Part shown: one piece after another, positions 13,501-25,107 of the stretch
Position numbering within the stretch: position 1 is the first letter of the stretch
Layout of the letters: each line of letters begins with the position of its first letter
Origin: Euglena gracilis
Lineage: Eukaryota
NCBI GenBank assembly: GCA_039621445.1
Contig: CP154954.1
Span: 24,936,954 to 25,000,953 of the forward strand
Length of the DNA: 64,000 bases
Direction: 5' to 3'
Notes under the pieces: model-generated
Told to the model about the DNA's origin: nothing
Database searches by the model: none
What the model saw: the letters and a program-made list of their open reading frames with translations, nothing else
Position numbers and translations under genes: made by a program

Positions 13501-16086
13501 CCCTGTGTGGGTATTTGGCTCACGCCGGGCGGTAGCGCGATAACCCCAAACCACCTTGTGTTTCTCACCCACCAAAATCCTTCCACCCCACAATGTTTTT
13601 ACCTCAAACTTCGGGGTACCCAATATATTCCGCCCTGTGGTGTGCCCATGGTGTTTCTTCCACGAACTTCCGGACACCCTCATCCCTGGTTCCAGACCCA
13701 TCAAACTTCTGGACTACACCAATTTACCCACTAAACCACCCCGTGGTGTGGACCCCCCCAATGATGTCTTACTCACCGATTTTTGTTTCACCACCAACCA
13801 ACCCGGTGTCCTATGCAACAAACTTCTGAACAGCCCAACCCCCCCCCCCTGTGCTGTTCTTCACACCGACTGCCCGGACCCCCCATACGCTCCGGATAAC
13901 CACAACCAACCGAACTTTCCGATAACCCAACCCCCACGGTGTTCTTTCCGATTCCCGAATAAACCTGATAGCCCCTTGGTGTAGAACTTTGTCCCACGGA
14001 TAACCCCCTTGCCCAGATGGTGTCTTACCCACCGAGTTCCCGGACCACTCCGAATACCCTGTGATATTCAACCCGCTGTATTTCAGGCTTGCCTCAACCT
14101 CTCCTTTGTTTTGCACCACCCACCGAACTTCGGTATAACCCCAGCCACCCTGTGGAGCCTAACCTGTCGAGATTCCGGATAATCCTGACCAACCCATGGT
14201 GTTCGATCCGATGAAACCTGGGACCCCCCCCCGTGGCCTTCCACACATATCACTTCTGGAAATTCCATGCACCAAACTTCTGCATAACCGTGAACCCCCC
14301 CCCTGGAGTCTCTCCCACCCCACTACCAAACTCCTGGATAACCCCACAACCATGGTGTACTGCATACCAACCATGTCTTTAAAATCAGCTGCCGGACCAT
14401 CCCAACCTACCCACCATCTCTCCGGACGTCACAATCACCCTGTGGTGCTTTACCCCATATATTTCCGGGTGACCCATCAATTTTCTCAGTTACTCAGCCC
14501 GCCATGGTGTGCTACCCTTCCAACTCCCGCGTAAACCCACCTATCGAGCTTCCACATAACCCTAATCACCCCGTGCCCTCAGAGCTTCCGGACCACCTCA
14601 AACACCCCATGCATCCAACTTACTGCATTTCCAGGCCTCCCTCAACCACCCCGTGGTGTTGTAACCACCGAACCTCGGAATAACCACAACCACCTGGCAG
14701 TGTCCAACCCACCGAACTTCCACCTGCCAAACTTCCGGACAATTTAACCCCCTCCCCGGAGTGTTCTACTTGCCGACTGCCTGACCTCCCACCCCAGTGT
14801 TCCGCCCCCAACTTCTGGAACATCCTAACCACCCCATGGCCTCCCACCCACCGAATTTGTAGATTACCGCAACCACCCCGTGTTTGGCTCTGCTCTTCAA
14901 AATTTTGGATAATCGCTATCACGCGCCCATTTCCGGCCCTTTGCCCGTCCATGAAATCGAAAAATTTTCGCCCCCCCCCCCAGGGGTACGGCGACCACCC
15001 AGCTGGTTTTTTTTTTCTGCATCACTTCTGCGTTCCGCACCCTCTACCCTGATCGACCCTTGAGAGGAGGGCCCAATCCGGTGGGAACATCACATCATTC
15101 CGGCCTCTGCCCCCCAGCAGGCACGCCCTCATCTCCCCATCATATCATACCGGCCTCTGCCCCCCAGCGGGCACGCCCTCATCCCCCCATCATACCATCA
15201 CGGCCGCTGCCCCCCCCCCCAGCGGGCACGCCCCCATCCCGGCCTCTGCCCCTCAGCGGGCACGCCTCATCCCCCCATCATATCATCTTGCCCTCTGCCC
15301 CCCAGCGGGCCCGCCCTCATCCCCCATCACATCATCCCGGCCCCTGCCCCCCAGCGGGCACGCCCCTTGCCCCGGGCCAGCGTCCCTTCCATCCCCTGCC
15401 TGCCGACCTCATCGTACGAAGTTCACCAACAACTCACCCTCTCGTTGTTCGTCGCCATCCTTCCCCTCCCTGCCGTTCCCCGCAGCGAGATCATCGTACG
15501 AAGTACTTCGCCTCTGCCCCAGGACACCTCGCCTATCGCCCATCATCAACCCTGCTGTTCCACGCGGCCTTCATTTCCGCAGACGACCACTTCCCTCGTC
15601 GCCCTGGCCCTGTTCCCTGCTCTTCGCGCTCGGCGGGACCATCGTACGATGTTCGCGACTGGCCCTTTCCCAACACCCACCCCTTCCACCACCCGCCACA
15701 TAGCCAGAACCCTCGGCACTTGCCTGGGGATTTTTATTTTTCCGCCGCCACCACCATCCGCCCACGTTTTTTTTTCCCTCTCCCCCACCCCGTTGGTACT
15801 ATTATGGTATTTTCTAGTTTTCGCAACTCACTCTATTAACCCCCTGGACACCAAACCCCACACACCCCCACGGGCGAACCCCCAACCAAATCCCAAAATC
15901 CCAAATCAAATCTTAATGCCCGGGCTCCGGGGGTGCCCTCCTGAGTGGTGCTTGTGTACGCCCACGGCTGGAGGCACCGCGCAGCAATGCGGGGCACAAC
16001 AAATCCAAATCCAAATCCCCCCGTGCGGCCGCCCGCGCGGCCGCTCGCCCCCCCCTCCTCACCCCCCCCCACTGTGCCTAGCCTCC
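10580..16086. mobile_element. 5.5-kb GGAGGC-TIR element, TSD cat, reverse orientation, C-rich interior
   Basis: cat|GGAGGCTCGG...CCTAGCCTCC|cat; removal restores GDH-AVT in the CRE1 frame. Internal duplication ~12340-12900 vs ~13005-13535; tandem repeats ~15095-15370. Confidence 0.8.
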
Positions 16087-16465
16087 CATGCAGTCACCTT
16101 CAAGGCAAATGGTCTAACCCAACGCCACACCATACTCCAGCACTGCCTACTTGCCACAGCACGAGAGGCTGGTATTACTTCCTCTAAGTAGTATTGCGAC
16201 GTAATTTACAGTTGTAAGTTTCGCTTGTAACTTACGCGTAACTTACGGCATAATTCATTTTTTAATTTCCGCCGTGTAATTTATGTTCTGCCTTTTTTTC
16301 AAAAAAATGCAGTTCAAGGTCTTTTTTTACAGCCAAAGGGGGAACCATTTTTGGACCCGAAGGCAGCAACCTGCCTGAAAAAGTGCATTGGCTTGAATGA
16401 ATTCCAAAGTAAAAATCAGCGGTCTCGCGTCATCAGCGGTCTCGCACCTCAAAGGAAAAAGCGGT

Positions 16466-16536
16466 GTGGCCTCGTGGGTTTCGAACCCATGACCATACCA
16501 TCATAAGACATACTCCGCCATTATGTTAATGGTCAC
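16466..16536 (-). pseudogene. Degenerate tRNA-like (A-box/B-box) module inside hAT-type element
   Basis: Minus strand GTGACCA-T-TAACATAATGG...ATGGGTTCGAAACCCAC-GAGGCCAC; interrupted in copy 1 by the 1067-2935 insertion. Confidence 0.5.
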
Positions 16537-16599
16537 TCTCAATTCTGAGAGAGCGCAGTGTTCCCCCTGGCACCCCCTCCTGTTGCATTGTGTCCTCGC

Positions 16600-16737
16600 T
16601 GTGGTGTGTGTGCGTTCGGTGGCACTGAGGTGGCCGCAGCCAAAAGTGTTCGTTGCTCCGTCTGTGGTGAGGTATATCATTTTGCGTGTGCTGATTTGCG
16701 TTGTGACCCAAAAAAGGAGTGGATTTGTGCCGGTTGT
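16600..16737 (+). pseudogene. PHD finger coding fragment
   Basis: CGVC-x14-CSVC-x4-H-x2-C-x10-WICAGC matches the C4HC3 PHD pattern with the conserved W. Confidence 0.75.
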
Positions 16738-18133
16738 CGTCAAGTACCAGTCCCCCCCGACCATGCCGAACAAGGCATCGCGTGACAGCATCATGCACCT
16801 CCATAGCTGTGACGGCGCCCCCCTCCTCCGTGCCCGCCTCACATCACGTCCCACCTGTTCCCCGAGGTCCATTCATCTGTCCATTTTCACAAAAAAAAAC
16901 TGCGTCAACGGGTGCACTATAGTGCTCCCGTTGACGGTGGAATCTGTTAACGGGTGCCCACATGGGAAATCGGGGTCCATCAACGGGTGCACTATAGTGC
17001 ACCTGTTGACGGTGGAATCCGTTAACGGGTGTCCACATGGGAAATCGGGGTCTATCAACGGGTGCACTATAGTGCACCCGTGGACGGACCCCGATTTCTC
17101 ACGTGGGGAAGCCCGTGAATGGTTAACGGTTTTAACTTACCCACCCCCCTCAAAATGTCCCCCCCCCAAACGTGGCCAAATTTTTTGGCAAAATTTGGTT
17201 TTTCCCCTCAAAGGGTTTACCCCTGATTTTCCTTCGACACGACAAAGGCCAAAATTTGACCTCCCCTCCAAAGTGCCCCCCCCCCTTGAGGGGGGGGGGT
17301 GAGGGTAGTGAAATTAAGTTAGTTAAGCTAACATCATTGAGGCAGATGAGGGGGAGGGTTTCCGGGACCCCCCCCAGTGAACTTCACCATAGTTTCAAAC
17401 AGTGAGCTTCATGGGAGGTCAAAATGCAAGGAATGACTGAGCAAGGAAAGAGGGGTCCTGGGGTGTGTGATTTTTGTAAATTTCATAACTTTCACAAATT
17501 TCAAAAGTTACCGTAAGTTACGGTAAGTTACGGGTGTGCAATTTACAAATAATAAATTACACAACATTTGCAATGCTACTCTAAAGAAGCCCAACTACCT
17601 CTTGATGACTCCCGACCTGGTGACGTGCTCTTTCATACCTGGCGGGGTGGACCACCCTTGGCTATTCATCTTACTATTGTGCTCCCATTACGACCTTCTG
17701 AACCCCGCTCCTCACCAGACTCTGTCAAGAAAATGTTACTACGTGAAGAACAAGCAAACTCAACAAATATGCGGTGGCATGTGAGAAAGTCCAATGGGAC
17801 TTCAAAGCACTAGTTTTTTTTTAAAGCAAGGAAATACAGAAAAGACAGCTTCGTCAGGACCAAAACAAGACCCCTTGCCGAAGTGCAATGACATCTTGGC
17901 AGCCCGTATATCCCATTCTGGGCCCGGTGGGGTATGGGGTGCGATGGGCAAGACAGTGTGGCACTTGCCAGCAGGTAATCGTCCTTGACTAATGTTCGGC
18001 CGCATTGATCCGTGCAAATTTTCGACCTTGGGGGTCTCCGTCGGCACCTCCAACGGGGATTGCCTTTTTGGTTTGCCCTCAGTTTCCCCATCGTTAAGAG
18101 GCCACCGCCTCTCCAACCCGGCACAAAAAGACA

Positions 18134-18184
18134 GGGCGGGGGAGCCTATTGTCTTGCGGCGATGTGGAGAGCAACCCGGGGCCT
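18134..18184 (+). other. 2A-like ribosome-skipping peptide GRGSLLSCGDVESNPGP
   Basis: Matches the D(V/I)ExNPGP consensus; 15/17 identical to Thosea asigna virus 2A GRGSLLTCGDVEENPGP. Confidence 0.85.
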
Positions 18185-18537
18185 CCTACCCGGCGGCTTG
18201 ACAATCCCACAAGCAGGAGCGACCACCTTTCTCGCAGTGAAGTGGAACACAATATGGGTCCGCAACTACCGGAGGGAACGGTACCGTCCCCCCGCCGGGC
18301 AATGGACTTTGACATGACCACAGATCCGGAGCGGGCGGTTGGATTCCTGCTGGCCACAACCCTTGTGCCACCCCTGGCTGCCGGCCCGATGGAAGTGGCC
18401 TCCACCCAGGACGCGAACAACCTGCAACAGCTGTTACAAGACCTCATAAGCCGACCACCCCCGGAAGTGTCACTTGGGGGGTCCCAAACACCAGGGGCCC
18501 AAGCGCCCTAGATGATGCCGACGTGGAAATGAATGCC

Positions 18538-19712
18538 GGGGGTGGTGCGGGTCACGGGGGGGTCACGGGGGGGGGGGGTCACGGGGGGGGTCACGTGGGA
18601 AGTATGCCACTTTGGAGGTGGTCGGGAGGCAGCATCCATTTTGTTGCATCCCATCACGAGAAGGGCGGCACGCCTCCTAAAATCGGTGATTTTGGGGTCC
18701 AAAAAGTAATCATTTTTTGGCCATTTTGGGGCCATTTTTGAACAAAAAAAAATTGGTTTGAAAATGGCGCTTCTTTGCTATATGAGTTTGACCCAAAACA
18801 TTGGCAAAAGGGGAGATTGCGCAAGTGGGAAAGAAATTCATGGCAAATCTGCAACCAAAACAAATTTTTTTGGCTACCATTTTCAAAGAGGCAATCAAAA
18901 AAAAACGTTTTTTGGGGGTTTTTTTGTGTTTTTTTTAAAAAAAACGCCAACGAGGGTTTGGGAATTTTTTTGGGGAAAAAACACAGTCTCACCTCAGTGA
19001 TGGTGAAGACGAGTAGCTGTTGCGCCTTGTTTCCGCTTCATCCAAGTCCGTCAAACTGAGTGGTCTTCAAAAATGGGAGTTCTTGATTTGCTTTGCCTTG
19101 TTTCTCAAAAGTTGGCCGGAGGTTAGGGAACCTCAGTTGCAAAACCCATGCCGAGAGGTGGGGGGGGCAAATAATGTGATTTCAAAGAAAAATCCACTTG
19201 ATCAAAAAAAAACGCAGTTTGTTTAAAAAAACGCAGTTTTTTAAAAACAAAAACACAGTTTTTTTCAAACAAAAACACGCTTTTTGCCAGCTTTGCCTTT
19301 TTTTTCCCCTTCAAAAATAGCCATTTAGCCATCCCAAAAAATGTAACGGTCAAGAAAATCCTGACAAAATTCCTTATCAAAAATGAAAAAAATGACCAAA
19401 TTTGGACATAAAAATCACCCAAAAATGACCACTTTCAATGTTTGGGTCGAATTTTTTCCCCCCTCAAATCTTGGCATTTCTTTCCATTTTTAGACCATGT
19501 CAAGGCAAACTTTCAATGGTTTGAACCGGAAAATTGATGAAAAGCAACCAAAAACGCCACCTAGATATCAAAAAGCAGGCTGAAATGATGAATGAAAAGA
19601 AAGGCTGAAGTGATGAAGGTTGATGCATTGTATGAAAATCGAAGGCTCGATTCTCGGGTCACGGGCGGGTCACGGGGGGGTCACGGGGGGGGGTCACGGG
19701 GGTAGCACCCCC
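18538..19712. mobile_element. GGGGGTG...CACCCCC element, 3-bp TSD gcc
   Basis: gcc|gggggtg ... caccccc|gcc; subterminal gggtcacg repeats at both ends. Confidence 0.7.
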
Positions 19713-20044
19713 GCCGTGTTCCTGCCGGGAATGAAAACGGGCACTCCATTGACGGATCCGTGCCCATCACTGTCACCCTCGTGGACAGACATTTCCCTGG
19801 ACCACCGGGGGACGGTATCCATCATCCCGAAAGGGGCCTTGCCGGCCGTCTGTGATTCATACGCAAACCAACATGGGAGACCCTCCACGCCTTGTGGGCC
19901 TTCCCAAAGTCTGTCCTAGCGCCCTTGGGGAAAGGAGGGCGGGGCCACTGGGCTGCTCCTGCTCCTGGCTAACATCCGCTCAATCCTTCTGTGATGACCC
20001 CCGTCGACACGAATTGTTGACACCCGTGCCTGGCCACCGCTTTG

Positions 20045-20546
20045 GGTGGTGCGGATGGTTTCGCAACCCAACCCACAACCCAACCCACAACCCCCCCCCA
20101 CAAATGCCGGTCCCACCACCACTGCTCGACATCTCTGTAGACACGGGTTCGAATCCCGGTCGTTGGGGGCGACTTCCTGTTTTCTCTTAGGCGGCAAAAA
20201 TAATTTTCATAAAAGTACATGGACGAAAATGATATCGCCCCCCGTGGCATAGCGGTTCTGTGGTTAGCGTGTGACCGGTAGGTCGCGGGTTCGAATCCCG
20301 CCGGGGGGGGGGGGCAACTTCGTGTTTTTCTTGATTTGACGCGAGGAGGAGAGGGAAGCGGTGAATGCTTTTCGAAAGGAAGGAATTTTTTTCTTGGTCC
20401 GGCCGGCTGGCAAGACAGGCATTGGTCCGGCTTGACGGACGGCTGGCGAAAAAATGCTTCGTCCGGACGGACGGCTGGGCGTCCAGCATTGGTCCGGCTG
20501 AAGAGGTCCGGACGGCTCGTCCGGACGGACGGCCAGCCCGCACCCC
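20045..20546 (+). mobile_element. TIR element with two tandem tRNA-like modules, TSD ttg
   Basis: Removal restores LATALEGTEKL in CRE2. B-boxes GGTTCGAATCC at ~20146 and ~20288; GGAC repeats near the right end; related to 23695-25107. Confidence 0.7.
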
Positions 20547-21116
20547 TTGGAAGGGACAGAAAAATTGAAGTTCTCCTGCCAGATGAAGCCACATGCCATG
20601 GCATGGGCCTCAGTGACACCGTGTGCCTCGACCAAAACACTGATTCCCACCAGAGAATTTCAGGCAATCGTCCAGTGGTGTCTGGGTGCGCCGGTGGTCA
20701 GCGCTACGGACAGCCCACCTGCCTGCCCAAGGTGCCACAACCCCACAGATGTCAGAGGCCACCACCTTGTCTGCTGCCACAAAAACAACATTATCCGGCG
20801 GCACAATGCGGTGCAATCACACATCCTCGGGCTCGCGCAGCGTGCAGGCTTCCCAGCCAGAAGGGAAGAAAGTGCCCCAGATGGCTCACGACCAGGCGAC
20901 GTATTCGTCATGAGGTACGATGCAAACGGCCCGGCAGCCATCGATGTCACCATTCGTCACCCACTTGCGCCTTCGCGAAATCGCGCTGGCTTGGAGGATA
21001 TTGGCAGGTGGCATGAGGCACAAGAGCAGGACAAGATAAAGAAGTATGGAGATGGTTGCCAACGCAGAGGCTGGACATTCATACCCTTTGTCTTGGACTG
21101 TTATGGTGGCATGGGG

Positions 21117-21572
21117 TAAGGTTGCCCGATTAATCGATCTTGAGGCTGTCGATCGGTAATTGCCGATTAATTGGGGGGGCCGATCAATTAATCGATTAAT
21201 GCTCTCCTTTGTGGAAAGAAGTTTTCACACCAGAGTTTGCTCCAAGTGTTTTGCGAGCGAACCCGGATGATGAATCGGTCAAACCCCTGATGTCAGTTCG
21301 CATGAATATCCCACGTTTGTTGACCCTTTCTGCCCTGTAAAGGAGGAGGTGGACGAGTGACGGTTGAAAGAAATCGTGTTTCGCAAATGATCCATCTTCT
21401 GTGTTTGTTGCATGCCATTGTCATCATCTTGAAGTCAAGCATGCGGACTTTATCCATGTGCAATGGGTGATTTTTAACGGAGGCGGTTATTTTCGATTAA
21501 TTGACCCCCCTGCCGATTGAATGATTAATCAGGGGGTCTCGATCGATTAATCGATTAATCGAAGCAACCTTA
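21117..21572. mobile_element. hAT-type MITE TAAGGTTGC...GCAACCTTA
   Basis: Flanks catgggg / catggggg; subterminal CGATTAATCG palindromes. Confidence 0.8.
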
Positions 21573-21621
21573 CATGGGGGATGGTGCGCTCACCTTTGTT
21601 GGTAACTGCATCCAGTTGCTA

Positions 21622-21828
21622 CCACCCCCCCCTTTATTTGACCCCCCCCCTTAATTGAGCATTTGGGTCCGGGGAAAATTTTTTTTCATGCGCCGAAGGC
21701 GCCGAAAATTTTTTTTGCCCTATTTCTAAAGGAATTTTTGACCCCCCCCTTATTTGACCCCCCCCTTATTTGAGCATTTGGGGGGTCCGTTGGCCCGTGG
21801 GTGTGCTCAAATAAAGGGGGGGGGGTGG
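21622..21828. mobile_element. TA-TSD MITE CCAC(n)TTTATT (Tc1/mariner-like)
   Basis: ta|ccacccc...ggggtgg|ta; removal restores QLLAGQ. Confidence 0.75.
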
Positions 21829-22489
21829 TAGCAGGCCAACACGGCGCCTGGGAGAGGAGGGGCGTCGAGGGGACCTGCTGGCAAGGAATAAGCATGACTC
21901 TGGCCCGGGAGGTTGGATGACAATTGGTTTGGGGACAATGCCCCGAAGAGCTCGCTGACCATAGCCTCCCTGAATCTCATAAACCCTACTGTTCTTCATA
22001 GCCCCGAGGCTTAGCACCAAACACCCGAAATGGAATACCAAAAGCCGAGAACTCTCTCCGGACGTCCACCATGGAGGTGCAGAAGTCACACACAATCGAA
22101 GGGGGGGCTGAACCCGCGTGAGGGACCTCAAGCCAAGTGCCAGCCAGGTCCACCATACAACCTCTTCAAGCGCACCTCCTGACCCGAACCTGGTGCAGTA
22201 AGAAACGAAGGGCCCGTCCACCCAATCCAGATCTCAACGACCAATCAGAATTGCGGTGGTCGAGAACAGGATTACAAATCGCCTGTGCACCCGCAGCATG
22301 TCGAGATCTTTTCGCTAAGCTCACCCCTCTTACTGCCCCCGCACCTCTCACGGACTCTTTCTTCTGTACTTAGCCTCACTCCCCTGAACTCGTCAAATCC
22401 AGTAGGCTGTGCCACTGGTCGGTGGACTCGGTTCGCCCCACCACCGCCTGTCTCTCAAGTGCACTAGTTTCATGAAATTTGGTTGTATA

Positions 22490-22663
22490 CCACCCCCCCC
22501 CTTTATTGTCCCCCTTTATTGTCCCTGGGCCCCGGCCGACGGGGGGTTTTTTTGGCCCGGCCAATGAAATTCCTTTGGTACCCCTTTATTGTCCCCCCCC
22601 CCTTTATTGTCCGGTCGGGCCTCCTGGGGGCAGGTCGGTGGGACAATAAAGGGGGGGGGGTGG
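22490..22663. mobile_element. TA-TSD MITE with the same termini as 21622-21828
   Basis: ta|ccacccccccccctttattgtcc...ggacaataaaggggggggggtgg|ta. Confidence 0.75.
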
Positions 22664-22723
22664 TAGTCAAGCCTGTTGGGAAAAAAAGTCCACCAGAATA
22701 TTCCTGGAAAGAATCCCAAAGTG

Positions 22724-23194
22724 CAGGGGGGGGGGAAATGCGCTCGCCCGGCCTCGGAAAAAATGTGCAAAAATGCGCAAAAATGCGCAAAAAATGCGCA
22801 TTTTTGGAAAAAATGCGCAAAAATGTGCAAAAATGTGCAAAATCCGAGAAAAAATGTGCAAAAATCACGAAAGTGCAAAAATTACCCAAAAACATGCAAA
22901 AATGGCACCAAATTTGAAGAAATTATGTGGAATAGTGAGGAAAATGTGTGTTTCAAAAAAAGTCAAAAATTTCAAATTTTTGCAAAAAAATGCAAAAATG
23001 GTCAAAAAATGCGAAAATTTTGGAAAATCACGAAAAAATGTGCCAAAAAGCAAAAAAATGTGCTGAAAAAAAACGAAAAAATGCGCAAAAAATGCGAAAA
23101 AATGCGCAAAAATGCGCATTTTTGGAAAATTTGAAAAATTGCGCAAAAATGCGCAAAAATGCGAAAAAATGCGAAATGCATTCCCCCCCCCCTG
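22724..23194. mobile_element. CAG(G)n...(C)nTG MITE with AAAAATGCGC repeats
   Basis: Flanks share caaagtg; reverse-orientation copy at 43322-43774. Confidence 0.8.
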
Positions 23195-23694
23195 CAAAGT
23201 GGTGGCAAAGTCATTTTTTCCTTGTCTTGTGGCCGTGTTGACCAAATGGTGAGCCATAATCTCAATCTCATCTGGGGGGGAGCACGCCGTCGACCAGCCG
23301 TCGGCCAGGAAAATGACCCGAGCCACAACCTTGCAATGCAGAAACAATTTCGCCGCCAATCTCCCTTCAAGGTCATGTTCATCGTTGGTGGAAGCTGCAT
23401 TTTTGCCCGTTTGAAGTCATTTTTCGTCAATTTTTTATCAATTTTGCCAACTTTGGACTTTTTTTAGCCTTTTTTTTTGACCACGTCAGCCTTTTTTTGG
23501 GTTATAATACAATCATTGTGAAGTGTTATTTGCCTACATATTATTCGAATGACTAAAAAATGCTCAGCTGGTGTCCCACTGGCAAAATTTACCTATAATG
23601 CACACCAAATGTTGGCATTAGGTGCTGAAATTAAGCAATTTTCACCCCGAAATGTATATTTGCCACTCACACAAAATTAGGCATTTGCCACTCA

Positions 23695-25107
23695 GGGGGC
23701 GGACGGACGGACGGACGGACGGCTGGTGAAAATTGTGAAGGTCCGGACGGACGGCTGGCCTTGTGGGCTTGGTCCAGACGGCTGAAGAAAATTCAAAAGG
23801 TCCAGCTAGCCGGCCGGCCGGCTGGCCGGCTGGCCGGCTAGCCGGCTGGCCGGCTAGCCGGCCAGGTCTTTGGAAGCGCAGGCGATGGAAAAACGCGAAC
23901 AACACGGATTCCTATTTCATTACCTTTTGTCACACAATGTCCGCAACCTCCTGGAGATGCCATCTGGTTCCCCGCAATTGATACCTACATATCCAGTATT
24001 TTTTGCCGAGCCTGTTTCACCACCGCTTTGCTTACCACGTACCAGTTTCTGGTTTTGCTGTCCATTGTCCATTGGTGTACCCATGCCATGCTGGAGCATT
24101 ACTTTTTGCTTTTACTGGAGCATTGCAAGTAACTGCTGGGCCCCAGCAGCCCCTCACAAGCCCACCAGCAGTTCTAATTGCCACAGCTGTTTGTTTTACG
24201 TATCCAGTGTCGTGTTTTGCCCTCTGCAAATCTGGAAAAGGGATGGTGGCACATCTGCTGGAATCACCTACCCCCTTCCACCAAAACTTTGGGCCCCCCA
24301 GAACACCCCCAGTCATTGGGGGATGTGCACCCAATGCCCATTTCACGTATGGGTTCGCCCAGGGGTTTCCCCCAGATTTGGGACCCTCCAATTCTGGGAT
24401 GGGTGTGACCTTGCCCCAAACCCGTTTCAGTGGCAGATGCCCCCCCTTGTGGGACAAGGCTGTCAGAAAATTAACTGCCACACTCCTGCCCCCCCTGCAG
24501 GGAAACATGGTTTTGGCACCCCCCTGTGCCCCAACCCCGGGTATGTTGACGACCAACCGACACATTGCAGAATGTGGCCCCGTCACCACTGTGGAGCTGA
24601 ATAAGCATCTGAATATCATTTGGTAGAGATGGGCAAGGGCAGAAGATAAATGGCACTTGTCAATACATCGTCAGTGTAGTTCAGCGGTCAAAGTGCTAGG
24701 CGACGTCTCTGAAGACACGGGTTCGAATCCCGGGCGCCGCGGGCGAATTTACGTTTTTCACTGGGGCGGGAAGAATAATTTTCATAAAAGTACGCGGACG
24801 AGAATGGTATCGCCCCGTGTGGTTAGCGTGTGATTGGTAGGTCGCGGGTTCAAATCCCGCCGGGGGGCAGTTTTGTGCTTTTCTTGTGTTTTTCCTGATT
24901 TGACACCACGAGGAGAGGGACGCCGTCACTGCTTTTCAGGGAGAAGGATTTTTTTTTGTTTCCGGCCGGCTGGCCAGACAGACATTGGTCCGGCTGGACG
25001 GACGGCTGGCGAAAAAATCGAAGGTCCGGACGGACGGCTGGGCGTCCAGCATACGTCCGGCTGAAGACGTCCGGACGGCTCGGACGGACGGACGGCCAGC
25101 CGCCCCC
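23695..25107 (+). mobile_element. GGGGGCGG-TIR element, TSD tca, with tandem tRNA-like modules (~24668-24745, ~24811-24867)
   Basis: tca|gggggcgg...ccgccccc|tca; right ~400 bp homologous to ~20127-20540. Confidence 0.7.

Larger units (their letters stand above)
16189..17578. mobile_element. hAT-type element copy 2 (TAGTATTGC...GCAATGCTA)
   Basis: Flanks ctctaag / ctctaaag (8-bp TSD with a 1-nt indel); removal restores SSKEAQ in CRE1. Confidence 0.85.
6696..17816 (+). pseudogene. CRE-clade (RLE) non-LTR retrotransposon 1, C-terminal half, split by nested insertions
   Basis: 6696-7258 post-RT region (LLRSSADVYRIMHLLRT...LPTKLAGIGI). 10491-10579 + 16090-16188 + 17587-17816 rejoin as QWWLGLP..CAQRTACLDAWGDHAVTF..QRHTIL..KEAQLPLDDSRPGDVLF..LAIHLT..KLNKY..WDFKALVF (zinc knuckle + RPGD endonuclease); frameshifts present. 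Confidence 0.8.
20547..21945 (+). pseudogene. Zinc knuckle + restriction-like endonuclease domain of CRE2
   Basis: CPRC..DVRGHHLVCC..RRHNAV..RPGDV..IDVT..KIKKY..FIPFVLDCYGGMG|DGALTF..LL|AGQHG..WQGISMTLAREVG after removing two MITEs. Confidence 0.85.
17817..22460 (+). mobile_element. CRE-clade retrotransposon 2, RT deleted, with 2A-like peptide
   Basis: Flanked by gcactagttt (17807-17816 / 22461-22470). 2A motif, then TVSIIPKGAL..PTWETLHALWAFPKSVLAPLGKGGRG (~19810-19950), then zinc knuckle/RLE and 3' UTR. Confidence 0.75.

Noticed and set aside
22676-23241. Lys/Cys-rich ORFs (also at ~43200-43810)
   Set aside because: Translations of AAAAATGCGC repeats in a MITE.
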